A stretch of 64,000 nt of DNA from Actinomycetes bacterium. GTDB lineage: Bacteria; Actinomycetota; Acidimicrobiia; Acidimicrobiales; SZUA-35. The notes under the pieces were generated by a model, which was not told where the DNA came from, did not search any database, and worked only from the letters and a program-made list of their open reading frames with translations. Position 1 is the stretch's first letter. Each line of letters opens with the position of its first letter. Below, in pieces: positions 9,967 through 19,853 of this stretch. The position numbers and the translations under genes are program-made. The DNA is taken from assembly GCA_024280015.1 (NCBI GenBank), contig JAJRQY010000064.1, forward strand, positions 29,254 to 93,253, in the 5' to 3' direction.

Positions 9967-10725
9967 ATGAGCATGACTCCTTCTGAAAGCACAGCAGCCA
10001 CAAGCGCGACAGCTGGAACGACGAAGGCGGTCGGGATTCGGGAACGAAACCGGCAGGAACTCACAGCCGAGATCCTGGCTTCCGCCCAGCGCCACCTGGT
10101 CGAGCACGGCTCGGCCGACCTGTCCTTGCGAGCCATCACCCGCGACCTGGGCATGGCCTCCTCGGCCATCTATCGCTACTTCGCCAGCCGAGACGAGCTT
10201 CTCACGGCGCTCATCATCAAGGCCTACAACGACCTGGCCGACCGGGTTGAGGTAGCTGATGGTGGAGTCAGCAAACGGGGTGACCATCGTGCCAGATGGC
10301 AAGCCATCAGCACCAGCATCCGAGATTGGGCACTGGACAATCCTCAACAGTGGGCCCTGATTTATGGCACCCCGATCGTGGGCTACGCCGCACCTGAAGA
10401 CACCATTGCCGCTGCCACTCGCTCAACCCGGCCTCTGATTCAGCTTCTCATCGACGAGTCCGGACGGTCCGGAGCCACAGAACTTGTGACCGAGAGCAAT
10501 ACCTCAATTCTGGCCCCAGGCCTAAGCAACATTCTGGCCGAGATCGGCGGGCCAGCCGCTGAAACTGATGTCGTCAGGGGTCTTGGTGCCTGGGCGGAGA
10601 TCATCGGCCTGATCAGTCTTGAACTCTTCGGCCACCTCAAGAATGTCGTTCTCGACTGTGACGCCCACTTCACCTACTTGAGCAATGAGATCGGGACCCG
10701 CCTGAACTTCGAAGTTGGGCCATAG
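9967..10725 (+). CDS. TetR/AcrR family transcriptional regulator
   Basis: HTH region LSLRAITRDLGMASSAIYRYFASRDELL. The gene is divergent from the SDR gene. Confidence 0.85.
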   Translation: MSMTPSESTAATSATAGTTKAVGIRERNRQELTAEILASAQRHLVEHGSADLSLRAITRDLGMASSAIYRYFASRDELLTALIIKAYNDLADRVEVADGGVSKRGDHRARWQAISTSIRDWALDNPQQWALIYGTPIVGYAAPEDTIAAATRSTRPLIQLLIDESGRSGATELVTESNTSILAPGLSNILAEIGGPAAETDVVRGLGAWAEIIGLISLELFGHLKNVVLDCDAHFTYLSNEIGTRLNFEVGP

Positions 10726-10824
10726 CCACGATTGGTCACTTTGCTGGAGACCGACCGCGACTCGCTACTAGGGCTCCGGCTCCGTAACTCCGACTCCGAG
10801 ACTCCGTCTACTTGGACTCCTCGG

Positions 10825-11112
10825 CTACTTGAAGTCGTCGACCGTGGTTTCCCACTCGAACTGGGTAGTGCTGCGGGTTCTGCTCGCCTGAGGGGATGTG
10901 TGCTGGGCCCTGCGATTCGCCCACTTCCAAAGCACACGACCGATCAACCCGACTATGGGCAACAGGAACAGTCCGAGCGTGGTCGCCATGATTCGGCCAT
11001 AGCTCCAAGCGCTGGACACCACCTTCAGATAGATCACCGTTACTACTACGAAGGACAGGATTGCTGGGCTTGCTCGACGCAAGAAGGTCATCACTTCACT
11101 GTCGGTTTGCAC
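10825..11112 (-). CDS. Small hypothetical membrane protein (two predicted TM helices)
   Basis: 95-aa ORF with hydrophobic stretches AILSFVVVTVIYLKVV and TTLGLFLLPIVGLIGRVLW. I recognise no family. Confidence 0.35.
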   Translation of the reverse strand: MQTDSEVMTFLRRASPAILSFVVVTVIYLKVVSSAWSYGRIMATTLGLFLLPIVGLIGRVLWKWANRRAQHTSPQASRTRSTTQFEWETTVDDFK

Positions 11113-11390
11113 CCTCGGGCTCCTCCACTACACCTGTCTGCTTCTGACCGTCTTGCTTCTGTACGTTTCGTTTCTGTCTGTCGGCCATAAGCACAAGTGC
11201 AGCATTGGATAGTCCAGCTACCACACCCGTGCCTTCCCCTCCTGCGGACCAACACGAGCGACACTAGAGCATTGCCGTGAACCAGGCCGTAACTGCAATC
11301 TCTTCGTCACCTGCTGCCTGCCTAGAACCAAACGAACCTGCACGCCTGCGCCACCACCACAGCACGCAACTACGCGAGACTCTTTGTGAC

Positions 11391-12572
11391 ATGACGAAGA
11401 CGAACAGACCCTCAAGGCTTGAGATGGACCGGCGAAGCTTTCTTAGCCAGGCCGCCGGTTTCGGCGCCACCGTTGGTGCGGTTGTTTCCGTACCCGGGTC
11501 GGTCTCCTGGGCCATGCCTCCACCGGGCCAGGCCGCACTCCTCCGTCAGCAACCTGCCATCCGCCCTCGGTCCGACTGGGATCAGGGGAATGGTCCCACC
11601 GGTCCAATAGAGCCCGAGGATCCTCGCTTCTTGCTCGTCCACCACACCGCCCAACCCGACAACAACTATTCGGCCGAGGACGTGCCCGGCCTCCTTCGCA
11701 GCATGTACTGGTTCCACTCCGGAGACGAGAAAGGCTGGGCCGACATTGCCTACAATTTCCTCGTCGACCAGTTTGGGACAATCTGGGAAGGCCGAACCGG
11801 GAGCATCGCCGGACCGGTGCGGGGCTCAGCAACCGGAGGCAACCAAGGGTTCTCCCAGCTCTGCTGTTTCATCGGCAACCTAAGCGAAACTGACCCGACC
11901 CAGGCAGCCACCGACTCCATGGTTGAACTTCTGGCCTGGTTAGCTGTCCAGCGCAATATCGACATCCAACCGGGAGCAACCGTCTCCTTCACCTCAAGGG
12001 GCTCCAATAAGTGGCCACAGGGAACGGAGATCACCACCCCAACCATTGCTGGACATCGCGACATGTCCCAAACCAGCTGCCCTGGAGACCGAGGCTATGC
12101 CTTTGTGACGGGCCGGTTGCCCGAACTGGTTCTGGCCATGGTGAACGGGGTTGAACCGCCACCGGCTTCGGACAACCCAGACTCTGACAACCACGGGACG
12201 ACAACGGAACCACAATCCGAAACATCGACGACTGAATCTCTCCAATCCTCATCAACCACTATCGACGCCACAGATTCTGCACCGTCTACCGAGACTCCAG
12301 CCACCGGACCCAACACCACAAGTCCTAGCCCGTCCTCGCATTCACAAGCTTCAACATCAGTCCCCTCAGCCGAACTCGAGTCCGAGTTGGATGAAGACTC
12401 ATTGGCAGACCAGACATCCTCAACGGCCACCAGCTGGGTTAGTGGAACACTTCGTTGGGGCATCCCCGCAGCAACAATCGCGGCAGGCGGCGCTGCGGTC
12501 TACGCCCGAATCCAAGGCAACAACCAGCCCATCGAAAAGGACGATTCCGAATCCTCCCCCAGTGCTGACTAA
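11391..12572 (+). CDS. Tat-exported N-acetylmuramoyl-L-alanine amidase / PGRP-domain protein with Ser/Thr-rich linker and C-terminal hydrophobic anchor
   Basis: The start at ATG 11391 gives MTKTNRPSRLEMDRRSFLSQAAGFGA, a twin-arginine motif. The amidase_2 core is LLVHHTA...WADIAYNFLVD...GHRDMSQTSCPG. A hydrophobic segment (IPAATIAAGGAAVYA) lies near the C-terminus. Confidence 0.8.
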   Translation: MTKTNRPSRLEMDRRSFLSQAAGFGATVGAVVSVPGSVSWAMPPPGQAALLRQQPAIRPRSDWDQGNGPTGPIEPEDPRFLLVHHTAQPDNNYSAEDVPGLLRSMYWFHSGDEKGWADIAYNFLVDQFGTIWEGRTGSIAGPVRGSATGGNQGFSQLCCFIGNLSETDPTQAATDSMVELLAWLAVQRNIDIQPGATVSFTSRGSNKWPQGTEITTPTIAGHRDMSQTSCPGDRGYAFVTGRLPELVLAMVNGVEPPPASDNPDSDNHGTTTEPQSETSTTESLQSSSTTIDATDSAPSTETPATGPNTTSPSPSSHSQASTSVPSAELESELDEDSLADQTSSTATSWVSGTLRWGIPAATIAAGGAAVYARIQGNNQPIEKDDSESSPSAD

Positions 12573-12581
12573 GGTTAGTCA

Positions 12582-13529
12582 ATGAACCTGACCGGAGACT
12601 CCGAGCAGACCGGGCCATCCAGACTGTGCCATCTGCTGAACATCGACCGGCCCGTCCTCTTGGCCCCTATGGCTGGAATTGCTGGTGGTGAGCTGGCCGC
12701 AGATGTAACCAATAGCGGAGGTCTTGGCATTGTTGGCGCTGGCTACGGAGACCTTGAGGCCTTGGCGACACAGATGGAACTTACCAACGGAACGGAGGTC
12801 GGTATCGGCCTCATTAGCTGGACCATCAACCAGGCAACGGTTGATGCCGTTCTGGGTCACAAACCCGTCGCCGTCTGGTTGTCATTCGGCGATGCAACCC
12901 CTTACATCCGTTCAATCCGTGATGCTGGAGTGACCGTCATCTGTCAGGTCACCACCGTGGGCGAGGGCCAAGCGGTAGCCGAGGCCGGTGCAGACATTAT
13001 CGTGGCCCAAGGAGACGAAGCCGGTGGCCATGGCCGCTCAGGACGCTCACTATTTGGACTGCTCCCCGCCTTGCACGCGGCCTTGCCCGACATCCCCCTC
13101 GTTGCCGCTGGTGGAATCAACGGACGTCAGGAATTCGATGCGGCTTGCGCTCTTGGAGCGTCTGGAGTTGCCCTCGGAACTGCCTACTACGCCACCGAGG
13201 AATCGTTGGATAGCCCCGAAGCCAAGCAGCGCCTAGTTGAGGCAACAGGAGACGAAACAGTGCGAGGCATTGTGTATGACCTCATCCGCGGACCCGAATG
13301 GCCAGCGGAGTTCAGTGGTCGGTCCATTCGAACCGAGCTGACCGACCATTGGACTGGCAAAGAGAACGAGCTTCGGAAAAACAGCAAGGCCCTTGCCAAG
13401 CGCCATAGCCAGGCAGTCGAGGAGAACGACATGTCGATCCGGGTGGTGTGGGCGGGTGAAGGACTCGATGCCATTGACGCCATCGTCCCCGCCGCACAAG
13501 TCAGCCAACGATTCCCGATCTGCCGATGA
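12582..13529 (+). CDS. Nitronate monooxygenase (NMO, FMN-dependent)
   Basis: Family blocks are LLAPMAGIAGGELAADVTNSGGLGIVGAG and IVAQGDEAGGH. Confidence 0.85.
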   Translation: MNLTGDSEQTGPSRLCHLLNIDRPVLLAPMAGIAGGELAADVTNSGGLGIVGAGYGDLEALATQMELTNGTEVGIGLISWTINQATVDAVLGHKPVAVWLSFGDATPYIRSIRDAGVTVICQVTTVGEGQAVAEAGADIIVAQGDEAGGHGRSGRSLFGLLPALHAALPDIPLVAAGGINGRQEFDAACALGASGVALGTAYYATEESLDSPEAKQRLVEATGDETVRGIVYDLIRGPEWPAEFSGRSIRTELTDHWTGKENELRKNSKALAKRHSQAVEENDMSIRVVWAGEGLDAIDAIVPAAQVSQRFPICR

Positions 13530-14653
13530 GCAGCAACCAGATCTCGGAATCGGCCGTGTCGTTGAGGGGAACACCGATGCAAGCTCAGATCGTTCTTCCC
13601 TGCCAAGAGCTTGACCCAAACCTGGAGTTCTTCGTCAACGAGCTCGACTTCCAAGTCCGCATGATCACTCCGGCCGACGATCCAACCCTGGCGATCATCC
13701 TCGGGCACGGAATTGAGCTCTGCCTTGATGCAACCGGGGCCGACGCGACGCCCGAGACTGCAGCACCTCAAACCATCCGGCTGGTCACTGAGCGTTCACA
13801 GTTGCGAAATGACCTGGTTGCTCCCAACGGCACCCGGGTCACCTTCATCGACGCTGACCCTCCCTTACTCATCCCTGATCTCGTTGAAGAGTTTGCACTC
13901 AGTCGCCGCGGCGACGCCAATTGGATTACCGGCCGGGCAGGAATGCAGTATCGCGACCTCATCCCCAGCCGACTCGGCGGACGCTACATCGCCTCCAACA
14001 TCCGGATCCAGACCGGAGGGATCGTTGGCGACTATCCGCATTTCCACAAGATCCGGTTCCAGATGATCTTCTGTGTCAAAGGCTGGGTACGGGTCGCATA
14101 TGAGGACCAAGGGGAGCCACTCCTCATCGAAGCTGGTGACTGCTTTTTGCAACCACCAGAGATCCGGCATCAAGTCTTGGAAAGCTCACCGGGCCTCGAA
14201 GTAGTCGAGATTGGTACCCCGGCCGAACACGAAACCTTCGGTGACCTACAGATCCAGCTTCCAACGAAGCAATTCCGGCCAGACCGCGACTTTGGCGGTC
14301 AACGATTCGTTCACCACATCGCATCCGGTGCCAGCTGGCTTCCATTCACCCAGCCAGGAAAGACCGGTTTCCAATACCGAGACACCGGGATCGGTCAAGC
14401 TACCGAAGGCCTGGCCGATGTAGGTGTCCTTCGACTACTAGAAGATTCGGCAGAAGCTGCACTCGCCCTACCAACTAGTACCCACGATGATGAGTTCTTG
14501 CTGTTCTATGTACTGGCAGGATCGGCGCTGCTTAGCTGTCAGGGCGAGCACGCGCTAGCCCCAGGCGACAGCATGGTTATCCCAGCCGATCTGCCGTTTG
14601 GTGTTCGCGACTGCTCACCAGACCTGGAGTTGCTGCGCGTTGCCCTGCACTAG
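13526..14653 (+). CDS. Cupin-domain protein (two cupin-like barrels)
   Basis: Cupin-like blocks are GDCFLQPPEIRHQVLE and GDSMVIPADLPFGV. There is an ATGA overlap with the NMO gene. Confidence 0.7.
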   Translation: MSSNQISESAVSLRGTPMQAQIVLPCQELDPNLEFFVNELDFQVRMITPADDPTLAIILGHGIELCLDATGADATPETAAPQTIRLVTERSQLRNDLVAPNGTRVTFIDADPPLLIPDLVEEFALSRRGDANWITGRAGMQYRDLIPSRLGGRYIASNIRIQTGGIVGDYPHFHKIRFQMIFCVKGWVRVAYEDQGEPLLIEAGDCFLQPPEIRHQVLESSPGLEVVEIGTPAEHETFGDLQIQLPTKQFRPDRDFGGQRFVHHIASGASWLPFTQPGKTGFQYRDTGIGQATEGLADVGVLRLLEDSAEAALALPTSTHDDEFLLFYVLAGSALLSCQGEHALAPGDSMVIPADLPFGVRDCSPDLELLRVALH

Positions 14654-14691
14654 AGACCGAGCAATGCTCGACGAGCTAGACACCATCTAGT

Positions 14692-17600
14692 TCAGCCCCG
14701 CAACCGCTCCAGCAGGTGGACGGTTTCAGGCTCGGGTTTCAAGCCAGCTTCGTCCAGTCGCCTGATCAATGTGAGCAACGATTGATGAGCCGCTGGACGG
14801 TCCTGAGTCGCCAGCAGACAATTAGCAAAAAGACGGCCTGCCCGTTCGGACAACTCACTGACTTGGAGGGCATCTGTCGCCCAACAAAGACCCTGCTCCG
14901 GTTCCCCTTTTGCTGCGCTCAGCTCACCAACTCGGCAGAACGCGCCGAGGGCAAGCGAGTCGAGGCGTACCTGATTGTCTTCGCACCATTCCTCATCAAA
15001 ACCAGCCAAGAAGGATCCTCCGTAGAGTTCGAGGCAAGCACGGTACAGATCCAGTGCGGGGCCAGGAGCACCGCCACGGTCATGACCAAGTGCCTCCGTC
15101 ATAGTCCTCTCAAATTCCTTGACGTCGATCTTGGTCTCCGGGTGAAGAAGGACACGATCACCATCGATCTGGACATGGAAAGGGGCGCTGCCAGGTGGCC
15201 TGGCTGGCTCAAGTACTCGCTGTAGATAGCTGAGGTTGACTCGGAGATTGCTGGCAGCTTTCGCCTCGGGCAGTTCAGGCCACAGGGCTGCCGCAATCGA
15301 GGACCGCTGGACTGGACCATTCGCAACCAGATAGGCAAGTAACTCCCGCACTCGGCGGCGGCGAACCCAATCCTCGTCATCAACCAGGCTCCCGTCTCGC
15401 CATATCTGGATCTCTCCCAGCACGACGACCCGGATCTCCGAAGTCGGTAGTGGCGGGAAGCGTTTGAGTCGTCGCCCCGCTTCATCTCGAACCGACGCTG
15501 ATGCGCCAGTATCAGAAGACTCCGCTACGACGCGAGACAAGAGGTGAGGCAGGTTGGGCATCTGGTCCAGCAGGAGCGCCGCGTCGGACTCCCCAACCAG
15601 GCTGGCAGCCAGAGCGAGCTCGCACAAGTGATGCGGGAGTACTTGAACTCGCAGTAGATCTGGCTCCGTCCAAGGTAAAGCTGCGGCTTCGGTCGCTAAT
15701 CCCGCCTCTCTCAGAGCTAGCAAGGCACGCCCGGCACGGACAGAGACAACAAGTGAGCGGCCAAACTCACAACGATCAAGAACATCTCGCGATTCAGGGT
15801 TGACAACATAGATGAATGCCAAACACATGAGGTGATAGCGAGCGGGCCAATTTCCCAGCGGCACTCGTTCAAAGTTCTCCATCAGCTCGATACCTGCGGC
15901 ATCGTCACTCTCATAGACAGCTGTTTCCGCGGCCTTCCCAATGGCCACGAACTGACGGGCCCGTGCCGAACCATTTGGCAGGCAGAGGGTTTCGCCCCGC
16001 CGCAAGTACCGGCTGGCCGAATCATGGTCCCCCGCAGCAAGAGCAATGAAGATCCCAACCCCAAGCAGCGAGACACTGTTCTCGACCACACGTCGGGGCA
16101 AGGTTTCCGAAACAATGTCGGCCACGATGGCCAAGCCGATCTCGGGAGACACCTCACCACGCAACCACATGGCGAACGCGATGAGCACTTCGGCACCATC
16201 GGGTAGGTCCCCAAGGTCAGTCGGCGTAAGTGCGGCTCCGACCTCTTCGGGGCGACCAAGATCGCAGAGTCGTGTTGCTCGGTAAATCAACTCCAGCGAG
16301 GGGTCCAGAGGCTCCCACCTATCCAGCCACCATTTTGCTTCTTCCAGGTCGCCCTTGCGGATGGCCAGAGAGCTGCCAGCATGTCGCATCAGGTCGCGAG
16401 CAATGGACTGTCGCTCACCCAGTTCACCCAGCCGGGAGGTCACACTTGGGGGAACGTCTTGGAGTTCGGAGTCATGCAACTTGAGGATTTGGAAGAACGC
16501 CACTGCCTCGACGATGTCATCACCCTCAACCCGAGCCTGCTTGGCAATCCGATGGAGCTGCTCGGTCGCTTCGCCTGGCTTGGCTTGCTGCTCGATCTGA
16601 GCAGATTCATACTCAACCTCCACGAGCTTGGCCGCCGCCGAGCCAGAATGATGGCTGAGCAAGGTGTTGCGAACCAGGAGCAACTCCGAATAGTTGCGTC
16701 GCAGCGCAGGCATGGCCAGCAGGTAGCGAGCGAGATCGACTGCCTGCTCATTGTCACCAGCTTGCAGGAGGAGTTCGAGAGAGGAGGAAAGATTGTCCCG
16801 CTCCCTCTCGACCCTGGCTGCAATTCGGGCCACCTCAACCCGTTCCTCATGCGACACCCCCTCCTGGATTGCTGATCGCAGTAGGGAGTGAAGACGGAAG
16901 GAGCCGTTGCCAGTGTCCTCAACCAGAGGCAGGTCGCGAACAAGCGCTTCGGCGGTGAAGGAGCCCTCCGACAACTCAAGGGCCATTGCGTCATCGAATT
17001 CCGCCAACACCGAGACGCGAGCCAACCCACGTCGACGTTCCGGCTCAAGCGCGCTCAGAACCTCCTCTTCCAAGAAGTCGACCTCGGCCCCCGAACCGAC
17101 GACCAACCGCAGGTCAGCCAAGGCCGCGTGGCGAGGTAGATCCTCAGGGTCAATTGATCCCTCTGCTCGAGACCGCAGCAGATCATCAACCTCGGAATCA
17201 TCCAAAGCAAGATCTTCAGCGGTGAGCGAAAGCAGCTCGCCATGGGCCTGCAGCCGTGCTGTGGCCAGAGCTGGCGTTGTCCGGCCAAGCAGAACGAGAT
17301 GGCCATTTGTCGGAAGATCAGATATCAGATCCTTGAGCAAGCCAAGAGACTCCGCGCTGGTGATCAGATGTACATCATCGACAATGATGGCGATGTCGCG
17401 TGGAGCTTTGCTCCATACCTCTTCGAGAAGCACTCCCATTGTCGATTCTGTTCCAGGAACATCCATGACTCCTATCGCTTGGCAAAGTCCATCAAGAAGC
17501 TGGGAACAGTCATTGTCGGTAGCTTGGGCCCCAAGCCAGTGGTCGCTTCCGACAGGCTCAATCCGATTCGATTCAATGGCGAGGGCCAAAGCAGTGCTCT

Positions 17601-17736
17601 TGCCTGACCCGGCCGGAGCAACGACCATGGTCAAGCGTCGATCGAATCTAGCCTGCAACAACTTCACCAATCGAGGGCGGTGAACGGCGCGATCCAGTCG
17701 ACCTGCTGCTGGTTGCAGGCGAAATGCCCCGTTCAT
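14692..17736 (-). CDS. STAND/MalT-like P-loop NTPase fused to a C-terminal SARP (OmpR-type wHTH + BTAD) module
   Basis: The N-terminus has Walker A (VVAPAGSGKSTALALA) and Walker B (IAIIVDDVHLI). The middle is helical-repeat-like. The C-terminus (VVLGEIQIWRDG...RELLAYLV...LWPE...NLRVNLSYLQRVLEP, then an LYGGSFLAGFDEEW BTAD region) fits a SARP module. Confidence 0.8.
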   Translation of the reverse strand: MNGAFRLQPAAGRLDRAVHRPRLVKLLQARFDRRLTMVVAPAGSGKSTALALAIESNRIEPVGSDHWLGAQATDNDCSQLLDGLCQAIGVMDVPGTESTMGVLLEEVWSKAPRDIAIIVDDVHLITSAESLGLLKDLISDLPTNGHLVLLGRTTPALATARLQAHGELLSLTAEDLALDDSEVDDLLRSRAEGSIDPEDLPRHAALADLRLVVGSGAEVDFLEEEVLSALEPERRRGLARVSVLAEFDDAMALELSEGSFTAEALVRDLPLVEDTGNGSFRLHSLLRSAIQEGVSHEERVEVARIAARVERERDNLSSSLELLLQAGDNEQAVDLARYLLAMPALRRNYSELLLVRNTLLSHHSGSAAAKLVEVEYESAQIEQQAKPGEATEQLHRIAKQARVEGDDIVEAVAFFQILKLHDSELQDVPPSVTSRLGELGERQSIARDLMRHAGSSLAIRKGDLEEAKWWLDRWEPLDPSLELIYRATRLCDLGRPEEVGAALTPTDLGDLPDGAEVLIAFAMWLRGEVSPEIGLAIVADIVSETLPRRVVENSVSLLGVGIFIALAAGDHDSASRYLRRGETLCLPNGSARARQFVAIGKAAETAVYESDDAAGIELMENFERVPLGNWPARYHLMCLAFIYVVNPESRDVLDRCEFGRSLVVSVRAGRALLALREAGLATEAAALPWTEPDLLRVQVLPHHLCELALAASLVGESDAALLLDQMPNLPHLLSRVVAESSDTGASASVRDEAGRRLKRFPPLPTSEIRVVVLGEIQIWRDGSLVDDEDWVRRRRVRELLAYLVANGPVQRSSIAAALWPELPEAKAASNLRVNLSYLQRVLEPARPPGSAPFHVQIDGDRVLLHPETKIDVKEFERTMTEALGHDRGGAPGPALDLYRACLELYGGSFLAGFDEEWCEDNQVRLDSLALGAFCRVGELSAAKGEPEQGLCWATDALQVSELSERAGRLFANCLLATQDRPAAHQSLLTLIRRLDEAGLKPEPETVHLLERLRG

Positions 17737-17877
17737 TCGTTCTGCCCCCTCCTTCTCGCCAAATTCGCCGCTACCAGACCCTGATCAGAATCTAGCCGAT
17801 TCGTTCGATATCTGGAAGCCGAGCCCCATTGTTGCCCGAGCTTTGCCAAGTCTTGCTTTGGTCGCTTCGCTTGTCAC

Positions 17878-18531
17878 CTAGTCAGTAGTCGGTGGAGGCA
17901 GCATGGTGTCGCCTGGCTTCCAGCGACCAGCCACTGAGCGAGCTGAACTCCGGCTGAGGATGAAGGTCGCGCCAGCTGTCAGGATGACGAGAACTGCAGC
18001 GATGGCTGGCACCCATAGCCAGCTTCGATCACCTGATTCATCAGCCAATCCAAGAACAAGGCCGAAAGACAGCAGCGACACAACAGTGATCGCCGCGGTC
18101 ATCATGAGGGTTGAGACCACCAGGCTCATAGGCAGTACCGCTTCTCGTCTTCGAGCGAAGCTGAGCCGACCGAGGTCAGAGACGAACAGGGCCGAGGATC
18201 CGGCCAGGATCAGGCTCATTGGCATGAACCAATCGAGACGGGTTGCGGCAAGGCTTGAAACCACCAGGGTGTAGAGAGCTGTAGTTGTCAGAAGGCCATG
18301 GCTCCCATTCTTGATAGCCCCGTAAAGGAAGAGCTCGCCAAGGCCAAAGAGGCCTCCCCAGAAGATGAGCGTGGCCACGATTCCAGAGACTGGAATGAGC
18401 ACGATGGTCCAGAAGAGCAAGACGAGGGACGCAACTATGACTTCGGGGGCAAACAGCAGTCGACGACTCGCCGCCTTCTGTCGATCTTTCCGCTCACGCT
18501 CCGCCAAGCTCGGGGTAGCTTTTGGACTCAT
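17878..18531 (-). CDS. Polytopic membrane protein, last gene of the MoxR operon
   Basis: 217-aa ORF with about 6 hydrophobic helices. There is an ATGA overlap with the DUF58 gene stop. Confidence 0.6.
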   Translation of the reverse strand: MSPKATPSLAERERKDRQKAASRRLLFAPEVIVASLVLLFWTIVLIPVSGIVATLIFWGGLFGLGELFLYGAIKNGSHGLLTTTALYTLVVSSLAATRLDWFMPMSLILAGSSALFVSDLGRLSFARRREAVLPMSLVVSTLMMTAAITVVSLLSFGLVLGLADESGDRSWLWVPAIAAVLVILTAGATFILSRSSARSVAGRWKPGDTMLPPPTTD

Positions 18532-19853
18532 ACCTTGCTCCGGAATCGGCCAAGATGCTGACCCATTCGCTGCAGAGTCGGTTCAAGCGGCTCATTGGGA
18601 TTCCACGGAATCACAACGATGCCTTGCTCGGTCAAACTGCGACGAGTCACTTCGTTGCCAACGCGAAACACCCGTTCGGCCAACATAGAGCCACTCCGGT
18701 CCTGTCCCGTTTGACCTAACCCCGAGGGCGCCGATATCCCCGACCCCGCGGCACCTGGTCCTTGAGCTCCCGATACTCGCATCTCAGGCTGGATAACAAT
18801 CACTTCGTGACCACGTCGCCGCAGGACGACAAGATCTTGTCGCACAACGGTCGAGATCAGGGGAGAAACACAAAACACCGTCGCTCCCCGAGGAATCCTG
18901 GCTACCGGAACCGTCTGCTGATCGCCAGCCCGGCCCTGAAGAACAACGGTCGAGAGGAGGGCGTCGACAATATTGTGGAGAGCCCGTCGGCCGAGTTCTG
19001 GCGGAAGCCATCTGACTCCTGCACCACGGTCAAGCACACCAACCCGATCCATCGAGCGAAGGTGTCGTTGGGTCAAGGCAATGGCGGCGGTGACTGTCCA
19101 TCGGAGCGAGGTCTCTAAGCCAGCACCAATGTCCTGAACAGAATCAACAAAGATAACAATGTCGGCGGACTGGTCTGGGTGCCGTTCCAACACCATTGGT
19201 GTTCCGCGACGGGCGGAAAGACGGCTGTGAATCATACGAACCGGGTCGCCTGACCGGTAGGGGCGAACTTCAGCAAGTTCAGTTCCGCCGCCTCGCCTTG
19301 TGCTCCGGTGGTCACCGGTAACCTGCCGAGTTTTTTCCAGCGGGATCAGGCTGGTGAGACGTTCCGTTGGCGGGTGGACTCGCACTCGATTGGCAACTGC
19401 GACATGCTGGACGCGTTCGGTCATGCCGAGTCGGTCCCGTCCAACAATGGTGATCCACTGGGGCCCAGTAACACCCCAGCGGTTGGCCACAAGTTCGATG
19501 TTCACTGGTCGAACCGTGTTCGCGGGAAGGCTGCCAACCGTACGTAGCGTTCCGACTGGAGTGAGTAGAGCAGGAACTTGCACCTCGACCTCAAACCATG
19601 GCACCGGCCGAGACGACGACAGCACCATGCTCAACATGAGCTTGTCTCCTTCGACAATTCGAATGCTGGACAGAGTGATCTCGTCTATCGACGCGTGAGG
19701 CCACCAACCATCAACGAAGCTAAAGACAAGGGCCCAGATAAAGGGCAATCCCAAGGCCAGCGGCTCAACCTCCTTGACGAGCACCGCAAGCAGAACGCTG
19801 CCCCATCCCAGGACAGCGCATAGCCAAAATCGGCTGGTCAGATGCTGGCTCAT
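18528..19853 (-). CDS. DUF58 domain-containing protein
   Basis: DUF58 signature VRPYRSGDPVRMIHSRLSARRG with two N-terminal TM helices. The start is set at ATG 19853, which forms an ATGA overlap with the moxR stop. The longer ORF to 19943 lies inside the moxR tail. Confidence 0.8.
   Translation of the reverse strand: MSQHLTSRFWLCAVLGWGSVLLAVLVKEVEPLALGLPFIWALVFSFVDGWWPHASIDEITLSSIRIVEGDKLMLSMVLSSSRPVPWFEVEVQVPALLTPVGTLRTVGSLPANTVRPVNIELVANRWGVTGPQWITIVGRDRLGMTERVQHVAVANRVRVHPPTERLTSLIPLEKTRQVTGDHRSTRRGGGTELAEVRPYRSGDPVRMIHSRLSARRGTPMVLERHPDQSADIVIFVDSVQDIGAGLETSLRWTVTAAIALTQRHLRSMDRVGVLDRGAGVRWLPPELGRRALHNIVDALLSTVVLQGRAGDQQTVPVARIPRGATVFCVSPLISTVVRQDLVVLRRRGHEVIVIQPEMRVSGAQGPGAAGSGISAPSGLGQTGQDRSGSMLAERVFRVGNEVTRRSLTEQGIVVIPWNPNEPLEPTLQRMGQHLGRFRSKV

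Noticed and set aside
11113-11390. ydaO-type cyclic-di-AMP riboswitch upstream of the amidase gene
   Set aside because: It is contextually plausible, but I could not recognise the conserved core nucleotides or the pseudo-symmetric fold by eye. It is left as a check rather than a call.
16907-17683. 258-aa plus-strand ORF rich in Ser and Arg
   Set aside because: It lies entirely antisense to the well-supported STAND/SARP gene. Its low-complexity composition is typical of GC-rich antisense frames.
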